Below are positions 34,705-44,675 of a stretch of DNA of 64,000 nt, one piece after another. Made by a program: the position numbers and the translations under genes. Where the stretch lies: NCBI GenBank assembly GCA_938004065.1, contig CALKWM010000017.1, forward strand, positions 15,342-79,341, in the 5' to 3' direction. This DNA comes from an uncultured bacterium (GTDB lineage Bacteria; Patescibacteriota; JAHJAL01). The notes under the pieces are model-generated. The model was not told the origin of the DNA, did no database searches, and saw only the letters and a list, made by a program, of their open reading frames with translations. The first letter of the stretch is position 1. Every line of letters starts with the position of its first letter.

Positions 34705-35525
34705 AAAGACTTACCATTGCCACTTAAGCTTTTCACCGGATCAGTAATATACATATGGTTCATCACATTTGATGAATTTTGTAACAAGTTATTTTGATTG
34801 GACAACTTTTCCAAAGCCCCTATCAAACCCTGCGGATACCTGGTCAACAAAGCCGCATCAGCATCTGCCAGATATTCCCTGGTACGGGATAATGCCAACT
34901 GAATCAATTGAGCCACCAATGGGGACAAAATTATCACTATTACCCCAAAAATCGCAAATATACTCCCGGTATTATTTTTTGATCTATTTGAACCAAATCT
35001 TCCAAAACGTATAAACCATTCAGCTAACACAACAATCAAACCGACAAATATTATTACTACGGTACTTAAGCGAGTATCAAAATTTTTGATATGCGATAAT
35101 TCATGCGCCGCTACCCCTTCCAATTCGGTTCTGCTCAAATTATTTAACAATCCAGTTGTAAACGCTACAACGGCATGATTTGGATCTCTACCTGTAGCAA
35201 AAGCATTCATAGCCGGATCATCAACAACATAAATCTTTGGTTTTGGCAAACCAGATGCAATTGCTAAATTATCCACCAAATTGTATAAATCTTTATTATC
35301 TTTTCTGGTCACCTCCCTGGCCCCAGCCATCGACAAAACAATTTGATCGGATACGTAATAGCCAATCAATACTGAAGGCACAGAGAAAATCAATCCAAAA
35401 ATTATACCTAACCAACCATAATCATATAAATAACTATAGACAAAACAAACAAACACGATAAAAATTACAAAACCTACCAAAATCAACCATGTAACCAATT
35501 TGTTGTGACTAATTTCTCGATACAT
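34632..35525 (-). CDS. htpX: Zinc metalloprotease HtpX (M48)
   Basis: 297 aa with TM helices and HEXXH (AAHELSHIKN), plus a downstream Glu ligand region. Confidence 0.85.
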   Translation of the reverse strand: MYREISHNKLVTWLILVGFVIFIVFVCFVYSYLYDYGWLGIIFGLIFSVPSVLIGYYVSDQIVLSMAGAREVTRKDNKDLYNLVDNLAIASGLPKPKIYVVDDPAMNAFATGRDPNHAVVAFTTGLLNNLSRTELEGVAAHELSHIKNFDTRLSTVVIIFVGLIVVLAEWFIRFGRFGSNRSKNNTGSIFAIFGVIVIILSPLVAQLIQLALSRTREYLADADAALLTRYPQGLIGALEKLSNQNNLLQNSSNVMNHMYITDPVKSLSGNGKSFWGDLFSTHPPVEERIKKLKEMIK

Positions 35526-35631
35526 ATTTTCTTTTTATATCTAAAAAGAGATAGTGGTTTTAACTTCAATTAAAAACTCTATCTCTTTGTAATATACCTG
35601 AAATCAAAGATTGCAAGAATTTAAAAAAATC

Positions 35632-36249
35632 CTAATTATTAAAATCTACTTTTACGTTCTGCCTTTCAGTCTCGTTTTCCACTTCAAACAAATCACGCTT
35701 TGCAAAACCAAACATACCGGCCAAAAGATTGTTAGGGAATATCTCAATCTTGGTATTGAAATCTCTCACATTACCATTGTAAAAACGACGAGATGCTTGA
35801 ATTTTGTCTTCAGTATCTGCCAATTCAGTTTGTAATGACATAAAATTTTCATTGGCTTTTAACTCAGGATAGCTTTCAGCCACAGCAAACAAAGTTTTCA
35901 AAGCGCCACTAAGCCCCAATTCCGCTTCGGAAGACTTTTTCGGATCACCCTTGGCACTCATAGCCGCATTTCTTGCCTCGGTTACTTGAGTAAAAACCTT
36001 TTCTTCATGTTTAGCATAACCTTTAACCGTCTCAATCACATTTGGAATCAAATCATAGCGTCTCTTTAACTGTACATCAATATCGCTCCAAGCCTCATCT
36101 ACACGATTTTTCAAAGTAATCAAACCGTTGTATAATCCAACACCCCATAGCAATAAAATCACAATAATTAAAATTGGTAAACCAAAAAACCAAAGTATCA
36201 TATCTATATGTTTAATTGATAAAAAATAAACCTCGAAAAGAAAGAGCAA
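35632..36249 (-). CDS. lemA: LemA family protein
   Basis: 205 aa with an N-terminal TM and the LemA signature (LKNRVDEAWSDIDVQLKRRYDLIPN). LemA-HtpX adjacency is common. Confidence 0.8.
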   Translation of the reverse strand: MLFLFEVYFLSIKHIDMILWFFGLPILIIVILLLWGVGLYNGLITLKNRVDEAWSDIDVQLKRRYDLIPNVIETVKGYAKHEEKVFTQVTEARNAAMSAKGDPKKSSEAELGLSGALKTLFAVAESYPELKANENFMSLQTELADTEDKIQASRRFYNGNVRDFNTKIEIFPNNLLAGMFGFAKRDLFEVENETERQNVKVDFNN

Positions 36250-36340
36250 ACAAAATAATTGCCGCTATGAGAACCAAAACCGAAACCAATGGTAAAAACC
36301 AATTACTCCAAAATTTCATTTGCTCCCTCCCATTCCAAAT

Positions 36341-36544
36341 TTATTTCTTTTTACGTAAGAACAATAAACCGGTTCTTTTATTCTCGGAAACTTCATAACC
36401 GGCTGGGATTTCCGCTAATCCACCTTCTTTTTTCTCGGCTTTGGCAAAATAATAAATTGTTTGTGGTCGTCCTCCGCGCAAAACTACATCTTTGGAATGT
36501 AGAAAATACTTTGTACCTTTACTGTTAGTTTGACTGTAGGCCAT
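36341..36544 (-). CDS. Small basic hypothetical protein
   Basis: 67 aa, Lys/Arg-rich with no TM. No domain recognised. Confidence 0.3.
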   Translation of the reverse strand: MAYSQTNSKGTKYFLHSKDVVLRGGRPQTIYYFAKAEKKEGGLAEIPAGYEVSENKRTGLLFLRKKK

Positions 36545-36790
36545 TTTTTACTCCTAATAATAAACAAATAATAATAAAATTCTTATCTAAAACTTACCAT
36601 ATACCAATCATAAAGTAAATCAAAATTAAATAAAAATTCAAGCAATGTGGTATTAAATACAGCCAAAACGCTTTATATATAATAATTTAGAAATAATTAT
36701 TGAATTATTTTTCTGGATTTTTAACTTTACTCCCCAATAGTTTTCCACCCCTTTGAATATAACAAAATATCATAGGAAATATAACTTTTT

Positions 36791-37450
36791 TTAATCTCTA
36801 ATCAAATCTCCAAATGCTTTTATTATCACTTCTTTATCTTTCATATCATCTTCCTCGGTGAAATCATCAACATATTTTTGAACCGATAAAGACCACTTCA
36901 AACAATCCAATGGATGATACAAATCAACACTCTTCACTTCTCTATCCACAATTTGATATTTTCTAGATGTCGAAACCTGTTTTGTTTTTCCATTGGCAAA
37001 TAGAACTGTAAAAACATCTCGCAATTCACAATTTATCTTTCCACCGTATTTTCTGGCAATACTACGATAATATTCATACATGAGCTTGGCTACCTCTTCC
37101 TGTTTACATTCGCTTTCCTCTCTACCAGACAATGCATTCCTTTTTACTTTCACCGGATCTTTTATTTCTCTAATCCTTTCGTCAAAAAACATACCGGAAT
37201 CATTCGCCAATACCGGTAATTTGTATTTGCCCAGATAAACCATGACTTTCAATAATGAATTATCAGCCAGGCTTTCGCCAGTCTCTTCCACTTCAACATA
37301 GTCAGGCACCCTGCTGACCTCCAAATCACAATCAACCCAAGAAAATATTTTTTTAATACTTTCCAATTTGGACGGATTGCCGGTAGCAATGTATATTTTC
37401 TTATTTTTCTTGTTCATATTTTTACTTAAAAAAATTATCCAAATTGGCAA
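36791..37450 (-). CDS. Ham1/RdgB-like non-canonical purine NTP pyrophosphatase. The probable start is the internal Met MNKKNKKIY.
   Basis: IYIATGNPSKLE matches the ITPase N-terminal motif (ATGNxGKxxE). The later NDSGMFFD matches the DSGL motif. Confidence 0.55.
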   Translation of the reverse strand: MPIWIIFLSKNMNKKNKKIYIATGNPSKLESIKKIFSWVDCDLEVSRVPDYVEVEETGESLADNSLLKVMVYLGKYKLPVLANDSGMFFDERIREIKDPVKVKRNALSGREESECKQEEVAKLMYEYYRSIARKYGGKINCELRDVFTVLFANGKTKQVSTSRKYQIVDREVKSVDLYHPLDCLKWSLSVQKYVDDFTEEDDMKDKEVIIKAFGDLIRD

Positions 37451-37468
37451 ATTAAATAATTTATATTC

Positions 37469-38161
37469 CTACAAATCAAAACTCTTGAATACCTTAAAAC
37501 TCAACCCTTTCCCAATATCATGTTCAGCCAAAACCACCTCAATTTTTCTTAATACACTTAACCCAATCGGTTTACTTTTCTTAATCAAATCAATCAAATA
37601 ACCTACCTCCTCACCTGTTTTTTTCTCCAGAAATCTGGCGGTTGTTATGTGCGAACCCCACGGCATCCGCAAATTCAAACCATTTCTTTTACCTGATTCA
37701 GATATAATTTTCCCGGCTAAATAGAAATTGTAATCCGCCATTCCTGCTGCAATAACCGTATCTTGATTCATTAACCATTCTCGATAATCTATGACGGACT
37801 CATTTAATCTATCAACCACCTCTTCAACCGTTTTAATCAGCATCCTCATCTTATATTCATCATAAACAAAATTCGGACCGGATTCCAAATCTGTAATTGT
37901 CGTATGAGTCGTTAACTGATTATCATATACTATCGATTTTACCCTTGATGAAACTTTATCTGACATTTCCTTAACTTTTGCCACCACATTATCCTCATGA
38001 CGCCAACAAACCAAATATCCACCCAGATAATCCGGCATATTGGGCAGTAAACCTTTTTCTCTCACTGCCGACAAATCACGAAATTCATCATATATCCTTG
38101 CTTGTTTTCCTAAAAAATTCTTAAAACTATTATCATTCTCTATTATTTTTAATTTATTCAT
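37469..38161 (-). CDS. Hypothetical protein
   Basis: 230 aa soluble ORF with good coding periodicity. No recognisable family. Confidence 0.4.
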   Translation of the reverse strand: MNKLKIIENDNSFKNFLGKQARIYDEFRDLSAVREKGLLPNMPDYLGGYLVCWRHEDNVVAKVKEMSDKVSSRVKSIVYDNQLTTHTTITDLESGPNFVYDEYKMRMLIKTVEEVVDRLNESVIDYREWLMNQDTVIAAGMADYNFYLAGKIISESGKRNGLNLRMPWGSHITTARFLEKKTGEEVGYLIDLIKKSKPIGLSVLRKIEVVLAEHDIGKGLSFKVFKSFDL

Positions 38162-38519
38162 ATAGTCATTTAGTTATTACCATCTTTATTCTATCATCCA
38201 TGTCATAATCATTTTAACTATACCAAATACAAAACTTCCAACCTAAAAGAGATACAATCCTAATCAGTAAAAACCCCAAAAGAAGCCCCTTTGAAACATA
38301 CTCTCAAATACTATCAATCCATAAAAAAACTTAATTTTTCCTCTCAACAAATAAACTCCGCGCAATGCACTAAGTTCGAACTGCTTTACTCGTTACGGTC
38401 TAACTATTTATCTACCGAAGATGCGAGCCCCACACCCTTACTCACTATTTATACTATTTAAACAAAAAAGCCATCAGATTTATTCTCCAATGACTTTATT
38501 TTCTTTAGATATAAAAAAA

Positions 38520-39035
38520 TCATCTACTCCTATCGCATTTTGTGCCCTTGGGACAGCTTCCTTTGGCATTTTCAACAATTTCATCCCATATTATCCCTTC
38601 GAACACTTTTTTTACACCTTCCAACCAGTCTATTTCCACAGATCTATTCACTTTTTCGATAATCCATAACGGATAATTCTTCTGTTTATCAGGATTATCC
38701 CCATGAAATAACTGATACTTGTAACCAGTATCAGACAATATTTCATGAGAGCAACCATATTTATTACCAGTCCATGCCTCATGAGAATAAACTACAATAT
38801 CACTTTCGTTATTAAGACAAAATTCCCCACAAAGCATTTTCCAATATTCATTTCCAAATACCCCTCCGGTATCAACAATCAATACATTATATTCGCCACC
38901 CGCATAATGATAATAACAAAAGGTCTTATCATATTGCTGAGAACGCACTTTATTGTACGCTAACTTGTGCAATGACGACCAAAAACTCATGTACCGATAA
39001 CCGATGATAATCAACCACTTCTTCATATAGCACAC
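38520..39035 (-). CDS. Hypothetical protein
   Basis: 171 aa, Cys/Trp/Tyr-rich. No recognisable family. Preceded by a strong sigma70-like promoter. Confidence 0.4.
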   Translation of the reverse strand: MCYMKKWLIIIGYRYMSFWSSLHKLAYNKVRSQQYDKTFCYYHYAGGEYNVLIVDTGGVFGNEYWKMLCGEFCLNNESDIVVYSHEAWTGNKYGCSHEILSDTGYKYQLFHGDNPDKQKNYPLWIIEKVNRSVEIDWLEGVKKVFEGIIWDEIVENAKGSCPKGTKCDRSR

Positions 39036-39086
39036 CTTCTTTCACATAATCGATTTTTTTAATATTCTCTTTTCCAAACTTCAAAT

Positions 39087-39115
39087 AATATAACAAATCT
39101 AAATAATAAAGTCAA
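39087..39115 (-). promoter_or_regulatory. Sigma70-like promoter for the 38520-39035 gene
   Basis: Minus strand TTGACT-N17-TATATT, about 45 nt upstream of the start codon. Confidence 0.45.
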
Positions 39116-39229
39116 CAAAAACACTCCTTTCTAGAGTGCTCTCAAAAACGTAAACTCCGGAACATTTGGACTAGGGAAGGTATTCGCCCCCACACCCCCG
39201 CATGCCGAGAGAACGCTCATTATTTCAAA

Positions 39230-39300
39230 TTCCGGGACTACGACTCGAACGTAGATCGACGGCTTCAAAGGCCGCTGTCCTACCATTAGACGATCCCGGA
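39230..39300 (-). tRNA. tRNA-Gln (anticodon TTG)
   Basis: The reverse complement is TCCGGGA-TC-GTCT-AATGGTA-GGAC-A-GCGGC-CTTTGAA-GCCGT-CGAT-CTACG-TTCGAGT-CGTAG-TCCCGGA-A. It has a perfect 7-bp acceptor stem and a T-loop TTCGAGT. Confidence 0.85.
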
Positions 39301-39306
39301 TTAACG

Positions 39307-39777
39307 TTACTTGGAAAAATTACTACATTTCCAATAATACCAGATTAGCAGACACAATCCTACAAAAATAAATACATCCGCCAGATTGAATACACTGTAA
39401 TATTTTATGTCGATATAATCAACCACTCCGCCGGCATATCGAAAACGATCAACGATATTGGAAAATGACCCGGCCAGTACCATTCCCACCCCCATTTGCG
39501 TCCACACTCTCCCCCACCACCAAGCACTATTTGTAAATATAAAATAAACAAAAATCAAAAACGCAAAAACCGATATTAACAAACCCCAACCTTCACCCAT
39601 CCCAAAAGCTATCCCGCGATTGAACATCAACCTGATCTGCAACCAATCGGTTATCATTTGCCCACTCAACAAACCTTCAATCAATAGATTTTTTACCAAC
39701 TGATCAATACCAAATACAACAACTGACGTAATTATCCATATATTAATGATAAAATTATTGTATATTTTTTCTCTCAT
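39307..39777 (-). CDS. lspA: Lipoprotein signal peptidase II
   Basis: 156 aa with 4 TM helices. The conserved FNRGIAFGMG and FNLADVFIFVG segments are typical of LspA. Confidence 0.85.
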   Translation of the reverse strand: MREKIYNNFIINIWIITSVVVFGIDQLVKNLLIEGLLSGQMITDWLQIRLMFNRGIAFGMGEGWGLLISVFAFLIFVYFIFTNSAWWWGRVWTQMGVGMVLAGSFSNIVDRFRYAGGVVDYIDIKYYSVFNLADVFIFVGLCLLIWYYWKCSNFSK

Positions 39778-39779
39778 AT

Positions 39780-40193
39780 CTACTCACCAACAATCTGAAT
39801 AATCACTTCTCTTTCTCTTTTAATATAATCCAAATCAACAAAATATATTTGTTGAAACATACCCATATACAATCTCTTTTTAGTAAACGGAATATTTAAA
39901 CCCGTTCCCAAAATTCCTGACCTGACATGAGAGACACCATTTTTATGTCCCATTTTCTCATCATGTTTATAACTGCCTTCGGGAATAATCTTTTTGACCG
40001 TTTCCACAAAATCCTCCACGATTCCATCTTCACTCCCCAAAGCCACCATTGCTGTCGTCGAACCATGGGAATAAATATTTACTACGCCACTCTCGATAAA
40101 TCCATTACGAACAATGTCTATTATCTCATCTGTTAAATTGACCATATCAAACGGCCCAAGTGCCTCAAATGTAAGTTTTTTAGTATCAATCAT
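39780..40193 (-). CDS. YjbQ/UPF0047 family protein (secondary thiamine-phosphate synthase-like)
   Basis: 137 aa (HGSTTAMVALGSEDGIVEDF...HDEKMGHKNGVSHVRSGILG) matching the YjbQ family signature. Confidence 0.75.
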   Translation of the reverse strand: MIDTKKLTFEALGPFDMVNLTDEIIDIVRNGFIESGVVNIYSHGSTTAMVALGSEDGIVEDFVETVKKIIPEGSYKHDEKMGHKNGVSHVRSGILGTGLNIPFTKKRLYMGMFQQIYFVDLDYIKREREVIIQIVGE

Positions 40194-40210
40194 TTTTGAA
40201 TTTTTATTGA

Positions 40211-40846
40211 TTAAAATTTATTGCTTGACTTGCGTTCAAAATACATAAAACTAACCATGACAACTATCACAATCAATGCAATAACTAACAAAACTACCAT
40301 CAGAAATTTGGCAACAACACCGTATAAATCCAATAATTGCCAAGACAAATCGCGACCCCAATCAGTAGCCACTAAAAAATATAAAACTGAGACAAATACA
40401 AAACCAATTGCAAAATACTTGGCAAAACTAAACACTATCCGATTCCAATCTAAACATGTCAAACCGATATAAAACTTTAGCCAAATACTAACCTGACCGA
40501 TCTTGAATACTTTTGCCATCTCACTTTGCAAAGATTTCTCCATATGATCAAGCTTTCCCCAATCAAAATCTTCCCAAAAATCTTCCCGAGAAACTGACCA
40601 ATTCCAATAATAATAAGCCATTTCAATCGCCATATCAGTATATTCATTTCTCGCAGACAACACCCCCAATACATACCCCAAATTTTTCTCGGCAAATTTT
40701 AATTTTATTCTTTCTTTTAAATACTTAATCAACAATCGATATGTATCAGCAATATCATATACTTTTGTTTTTTGTAATTTATCCAGATTGCTTAATCCCA
40801 GAAAGTTTGACTTTGATTGATTTAAATTAATACTATCCATATTCAA
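40211..40846 (-). CDS. Hypothetical membrane protein
   Basis: 211 aa with a soluble N-terminal domain and two C-terminal TM helices. Confidence 0.4.
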   Translation of the reverse strand: MNMDSINLNQSKSNFLGLSNLDKLQKTKVYDIADTYRLLIKYLKERIKLKFAEKNLGYVLGVLSARNEYTDMAIEMAYYYWNWSVSREDFWEDFDWGKLDHMEKSLQSEMAKVFKIGQVSIWLKFYIGLTCLDWNRIVFSFAKYFAIGFVFVSVLYFLVATDWGRDLSWQLLDLYGVVAKFLMVVLLVIALIVIVVMVSFMYFERKSSNKF

Positions 40847-40882
40847 ATATTTTTAATTCTTATCTTCATCATACACTTTTTT

Positions 40883-42238
40883 TTAAGAATCATGTTTTTT
40901 ATCTATATCTCTAAAACGCATATATTCAGGTATGAAATATAACTCCGCATCACCGGTTGGACCATTTCTGTGTTTACGAACCAACACATTGGCGATATTT
41001 TTATTTTCCGTCTCTCTGTCATAATAATCTTCTCTATACAAAAACATCACCACGTCAGCATCCTGCTCAATCGAACCGCTCTCGCGCAAATCCGAAAGTA
41101 GTGGTCTTTTATCCGGTCTTGACTCCACTGCTCGCGACAACTGTGACAAAGCCATCACCGGCACATTCAACTCCCTGGCCAAAGACTTCAACGATCGTGA
41201 AATCTCAGAAATAACCTGCACCCGATTATCGACATTGGCCGATCTTCCTTCCAAAAGCTGTAAATAATCAACCACTACCAATCCCAATCCAACCTCAGCA
41301 TGCAATCTCCTGGCTTTTGTTCTAACTTCAATTACATTTAAACCTGGAGTGTCATCGATAAACAATGGCGCTTCGCTTAGATTTCCCATAGCCAGCTGTA
41401 ATTTTTCAAAATCTTGTTCATTTAAATTACCGGTACGCATTTTCCAGGAATCCAATCCGGCCTCTCCGCAAATCAAACGATCAACCAATTGCTCCTTTGA
41501 CATCTCCAAACTAAATACCGCTACCGGAGTATTATTTTCAATTGCCGCATATTGGGCAATATTTAACGCTAGCGAAGTTTTACCCATACTGGGACGAGCG
41601 GCTAAAATTATCAGATCACTTTTCTGCAAACCGGAAAGTATGTTATCCAAACCTTTTATACCGGTTGGCACACCTCTTAAAGTTCCCTTTTCTTTATGTA
41701 ATTTATCTATTCTTTCAAATGAATCTATCAAAACATCTCTGATCATCACAAAATTTTGTCCACCTACCGTTCTGGATACTGCAAAAAGTTTTTGTTCGCT
41801 TTTATCCAAAATAATTTCCACATCCTCATCTTCCGCGTACGCCATACGGTTAATTTCTCCGGAAGCCGAAATCAATGACCGCAAAATTGATTTATTGCGC
41901 ACTATATGTGCATACGAAATAATATGTGCCGAGGAAGGGACCGAATTTACTAAACTCGACAAATAACTGGCTCCACCAACCGCTTCCAGTTTCCCCTCTC
42001 TTTCCAACACTTCTGTTAAGGTAACCAAATCAATCGGCTCCCTTTTCTCATTTAGTTTAAAAATCGCTTCAAAAATCATTGCGTGAGAATTCTTATAAAA
42101 ATCCCGAGCGGTAATCATATCCGATACTTTCATCATTGCGTCTTGATCAATCATCAAAGATCCAATCAAACTCATCTCCGCTTCTTGATTTTGCGGAGGC
42201 AATTTCAAATCTTCAATTTTTCTTCTTGAATCATTCAT
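40883..42238 (-). CDS. dnaB: Replicative DNA helicase DnaB
   Basis: 451 aa with a DnaB N-terminal domain, Walker A (ARPSMGKTSLAL), Walker B (LVVVDYLQL) and RecA-like H motifs. Confidence 0.95.
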   Translation of the reverse strand: MNDSRRKIEDLKLPPQNQEAEMSLIGSLMIDQDAMMKVSDMITARDFYKNSHAMIFEAIFKLNEKREPIDLVTLTEVLEREGKLEAVGGASYLSSLVNSVPSSAHIISYAHIVRNKSILRSLISASGEINRMAYAEDEDVEIILDKSEQKLFAVSRTVGGQNFVMIRDVLIDSFERIDKLHKEKGTLRGVPTGIKGLDNILSGLQKSDLIILAARPSMGKTSLALNIAQYAAIENNTPVAVFSLEMSKEQLVDRLICGEAGLDSWKMRTGNLNEQDFEKLQLAMGNLSEAPLFIDDTPGLNVIEVRTKARRLHAEVGLGLVVVDYLQLLEGRSANVDNRVQVISEISRSLKSLARELNVPVMALSQLSRAVESRPDKRPLLSDLRESGSIEQDADVVMFLYREDYYDRETENKNIANVLVRKHRNGPTGDAELYFIPEYMRFRDIDKKHDS

Positions 42239-43817
42239 TTCGAATTACTTCTCCCCCAAAAACTTGTAAAACATCTTGCAATAATTTTTCACCGGTACTT
42301 TCATTGACCTGATCATTCATTTTGTTTTCAATTTGTTGCCTCTTTTTTTTTATATAATCACCATTGGAAACCACCTTTACATCCATTCCTAACTTACTGC
42401 CAAAAACATCGCCGATCTTTTCCAATATCCGATTACGATATTCTATTGATTCCAACTGATTTTTCTGTAACGCGAAATTTACCCCGATCACCAATTTTTC
42501 TTCAACTATTCCTAAAAATTCGCTCATTTTCAATATCGAACCCACCAAAGGCATTTCCTGACATACCCCAACTACAAACTTGCCCCATTTTTCTCTCACC
42601 ACATCTTCGCTTATGTTGTCAAACTTATGGTTATCAACAATATTTTCTGAATTTATACTTTCTTCCACCTTTTTTTCCATTTGCCCAATTTTTGGCAAAT
42701 TTATTTCTTTTGTATTTGATACATCTTTTTTTTCTTCCGGTATAATGTTTTCTGTTACTGTTACATCATTTATTGATCCCGGATTAATTTTTTTGACTAC
42801 ACCTATTAAAAATATTTCAAAATACAATGAATCAATCTCATAATTCTTTTCCCTCATTTGTTGTAACTCATCAAGCATTACCATCAAATTGTCCACAACA
42901 CTCTGCGGTGAATTTTGTTTTACATTTTGTAAAATTAAATCACGCCAATACGTTTCCAGGCTGTTAATCAATCTAAAAACATCCACTCCGGCATAATACA
43001 CTTCTCCCAAATAATACTCCAATCCTGCTTTCACATCACCTTTCAAAATATAACCGGTTAATTTTTCCAGGATGTCTTTTTCCACCACGCCCATTACTCT
43101 CCAAACGCTTTCTTTGGTTATTTTTTTCTGATCCAGCACCAATAATTTTTCCAAAACACCAAGTGCATCACGCATACTGCCTTTTACAGAACTACCTATT
43201 ATCATTGCCGCTTCTTCATCAATTTCCGCCCCCTCACTTGTTACTATCTTCACCATATGTGCAGCAATCTGTTTTTCACTCAATCGATGGAGATAAAAAT
43301 TCTGACAACGAGAAATAATCGTTTCCGGAACTTTTTCTATTTCAGTCGTCGCCAGAATAAACATCGCAAAATCCGGCGGTTCTTCCAATGTTTTCAACAA
43401 AGCATTGAAAGCTTCTTTTGTCAGCATATGCACTTCATCGATGATAAATACCTTTTTTTTGGCCATTACCGGAGCAAAACTTGCTCCTTCTTGCAAAAAC
43501 CTGATATCATCTATGCCACGATGAGATGCCGCATCTATCTCCACCACATCCAGAGTTGACTGCTGCAATATGGCCTGACAGTTTTCACAAATATTACATG
43601 GGTTGTAATCATTTTCAATATTTCGACAATTCACCGCTCGTGCCAATATCCTGGCAATAGAAGTCTTACCTATTCCTCTCGATCCGGAAAACAAATATGC
43701 ATGACCAACCTCCTTGCTTTTTACAGCATTTTTCAAAGTTGTTACCACATGTTCTTGACCAATTATATTGTCAAAATTGGTAGAACGATATTTCCGATAT
43801 AGCACAATTTCAGACAT
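42231..43817 (-). CDS. dnaX: DNA polymerase III subunit gamma/tau
   Basis: 528 aa AAA+ clamp loader with Walker A (GSRGIGKTSIARILA), a Zn module (CRNIENDYNPCNICENC), Walker B (FIIDEVHML) and sensor motifs. Confidence 0.9.
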   Translation of the reverse strand: MSEIVLYRKYRSTNFDNIIGQEHVVTTLKNAVKSKEVGHAYLFSGSRGIGKTSIARILARAVNCRNIENDYNPCNICENCQAILQQSTLDVVEIDAASHRGIDDIRFLQEGASFAPVMAKKKVFIIDEVHMLTKEAFNALLKTLEEPPDFAMFILATTEIEKVPETIISRCQNFYLHRLSEKQIAAHMVKIVTSEGAEIDEEAAMIIGSSVKGSMRDALGVLEKLLVLDQKKITKESVWRVMGVVEKDILEKLTGYILKGDVKAGLEYYLGEVYYAGVDVFRLINSLETYWRDLILQNVKQNSPQSVVDNLMVMLDELQQMREKNYEIDSLYFEIFLIGVVKKINPGSINDVTVTENIIPEEKKDVSNTKEINLPKIGQMEKKVEESINSENIVDNHKFDNISEDVVREKWGKFVVGVCQEMPLVGSILKMSEFLGIVEEKLVIGVNFALQKNQLESIEYRNRILEKIGDVFGSKLGMDVKVVSNGDYIKKKRQQIENKMNDQVNESTGEKLLQDVLQVFGGEVIRNE

Positions 43818-43880
43818 AGTAATCTAAATAAAGTCGAGTAATTAATTAACACGACCCTCCTTGTAATATTTATCCTTTTT

Positions 43881-44651
43881 TTACTTCAAATTAAACTGTA
43901 TCTCTCTAATCACCGTTTTAACCGGAACCATTTCAGTTGAATATACGAAAACATACGGCTGAGTCTCCCTAGATAAACCAATTCTTTCCACCTGATCCAA
44001 AAAACTCCAACTAGTACCATCGCGACTATAATCAAAACTTACCTTTTCACCATCTTTCGTCATTCGCAGATATATTTTTGAATCGATAAAATTTACATGT
44101 TTGTACTTTTTTACCCCATCGATATCATCCCTCTCCATCACATATACCGAATCAGCAATATCCAGATCAGTTTCCAATGCATGACTATCATAAGCACGAG
44201 ATATTCTGATCCATTTATTGTTGGACGTATCAAATAGACCGATTCCCGCATGTTGAAAATCAACTTTCGGAGAAAAAATCATACTTACCGTCAATTGATA
44301 ATCCTGATCAGTTAAAAAAGATAACACCGGGGCCGTATCTGTGCTCGTCCATTGACTGGTTCGCGCACCCGCATTGAGAGTCAATTCTTCTTTTACATAA
44401 TCCACATCATAAAAATTATCTGACAATCCGCCATCATTCCACAACCAAAAACTATCCAACTCCCCATCACGAAAATTTTCATAAAAATCGGATCGTACAA
44501 TTTGCGGTTTGCCATCATTTGTATCATTCACATCACCATTATCATCACCGATGACTGTTTCTTCGGTCCATGAATTATACAAATAATACCCTCCAAAACC
44601 CAATCCAATCAACAAAACCAACCCTAAAATTACATAAATTATTTTATTCAT
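43881..44651 (-). CDS. Secreted or membrane-anchored protein with a concanavalin-A-like (DUF1349/LamG-like) domain
   Basis: 256 aa with an N-terminal TM/signal sequence. The segments LTLNAGARTSQW, GIGLFDTSNNKWIRISR and YVFVY resemble ConA-like lectin/glucanase folds. Confidence 0.45.
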   Translation of the reverse strand: MNKIIYVILGLVLLIGLGFGGYYLYNSWTEETVIGDDNGDVNDTNDGKPQIVRSDFYENFRDGELDSFWLWNDGGLSDNFYDVDYVKEELTLNAGARTSQWTSTDTAPVLSFLTDQDYQLTVSMIFSPKVDFQHAGIGLFDTSNNKWIRISRAYDSHALETDLDIADSVYVMERDDIDGVKKYKHVNFIDSKIYLRMTKDGEKVSFDYSRDGTSWSFLDQVERIGLSRETQPYVFVYSTEMVPVKTVIREIQFNLK

Positions 44652-44675
44652 ATATCTATTTTACCAAAAATATTT

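Noticed and set aside
39121-39229. A possible SRP (4.5S) RNA or second tRNA next to tRNA-Gln, given the GGGGGTGTGGGGG block and a long imperfect hairpin
   Set aside because: I could not reconstruct the conserved SRP domain IV motifs (GGAA / AGCAG symmetric loop) or a cloverleaf. The resemblance is limited to G-rich ends. I kept it only as an unexplained-spacer finding.
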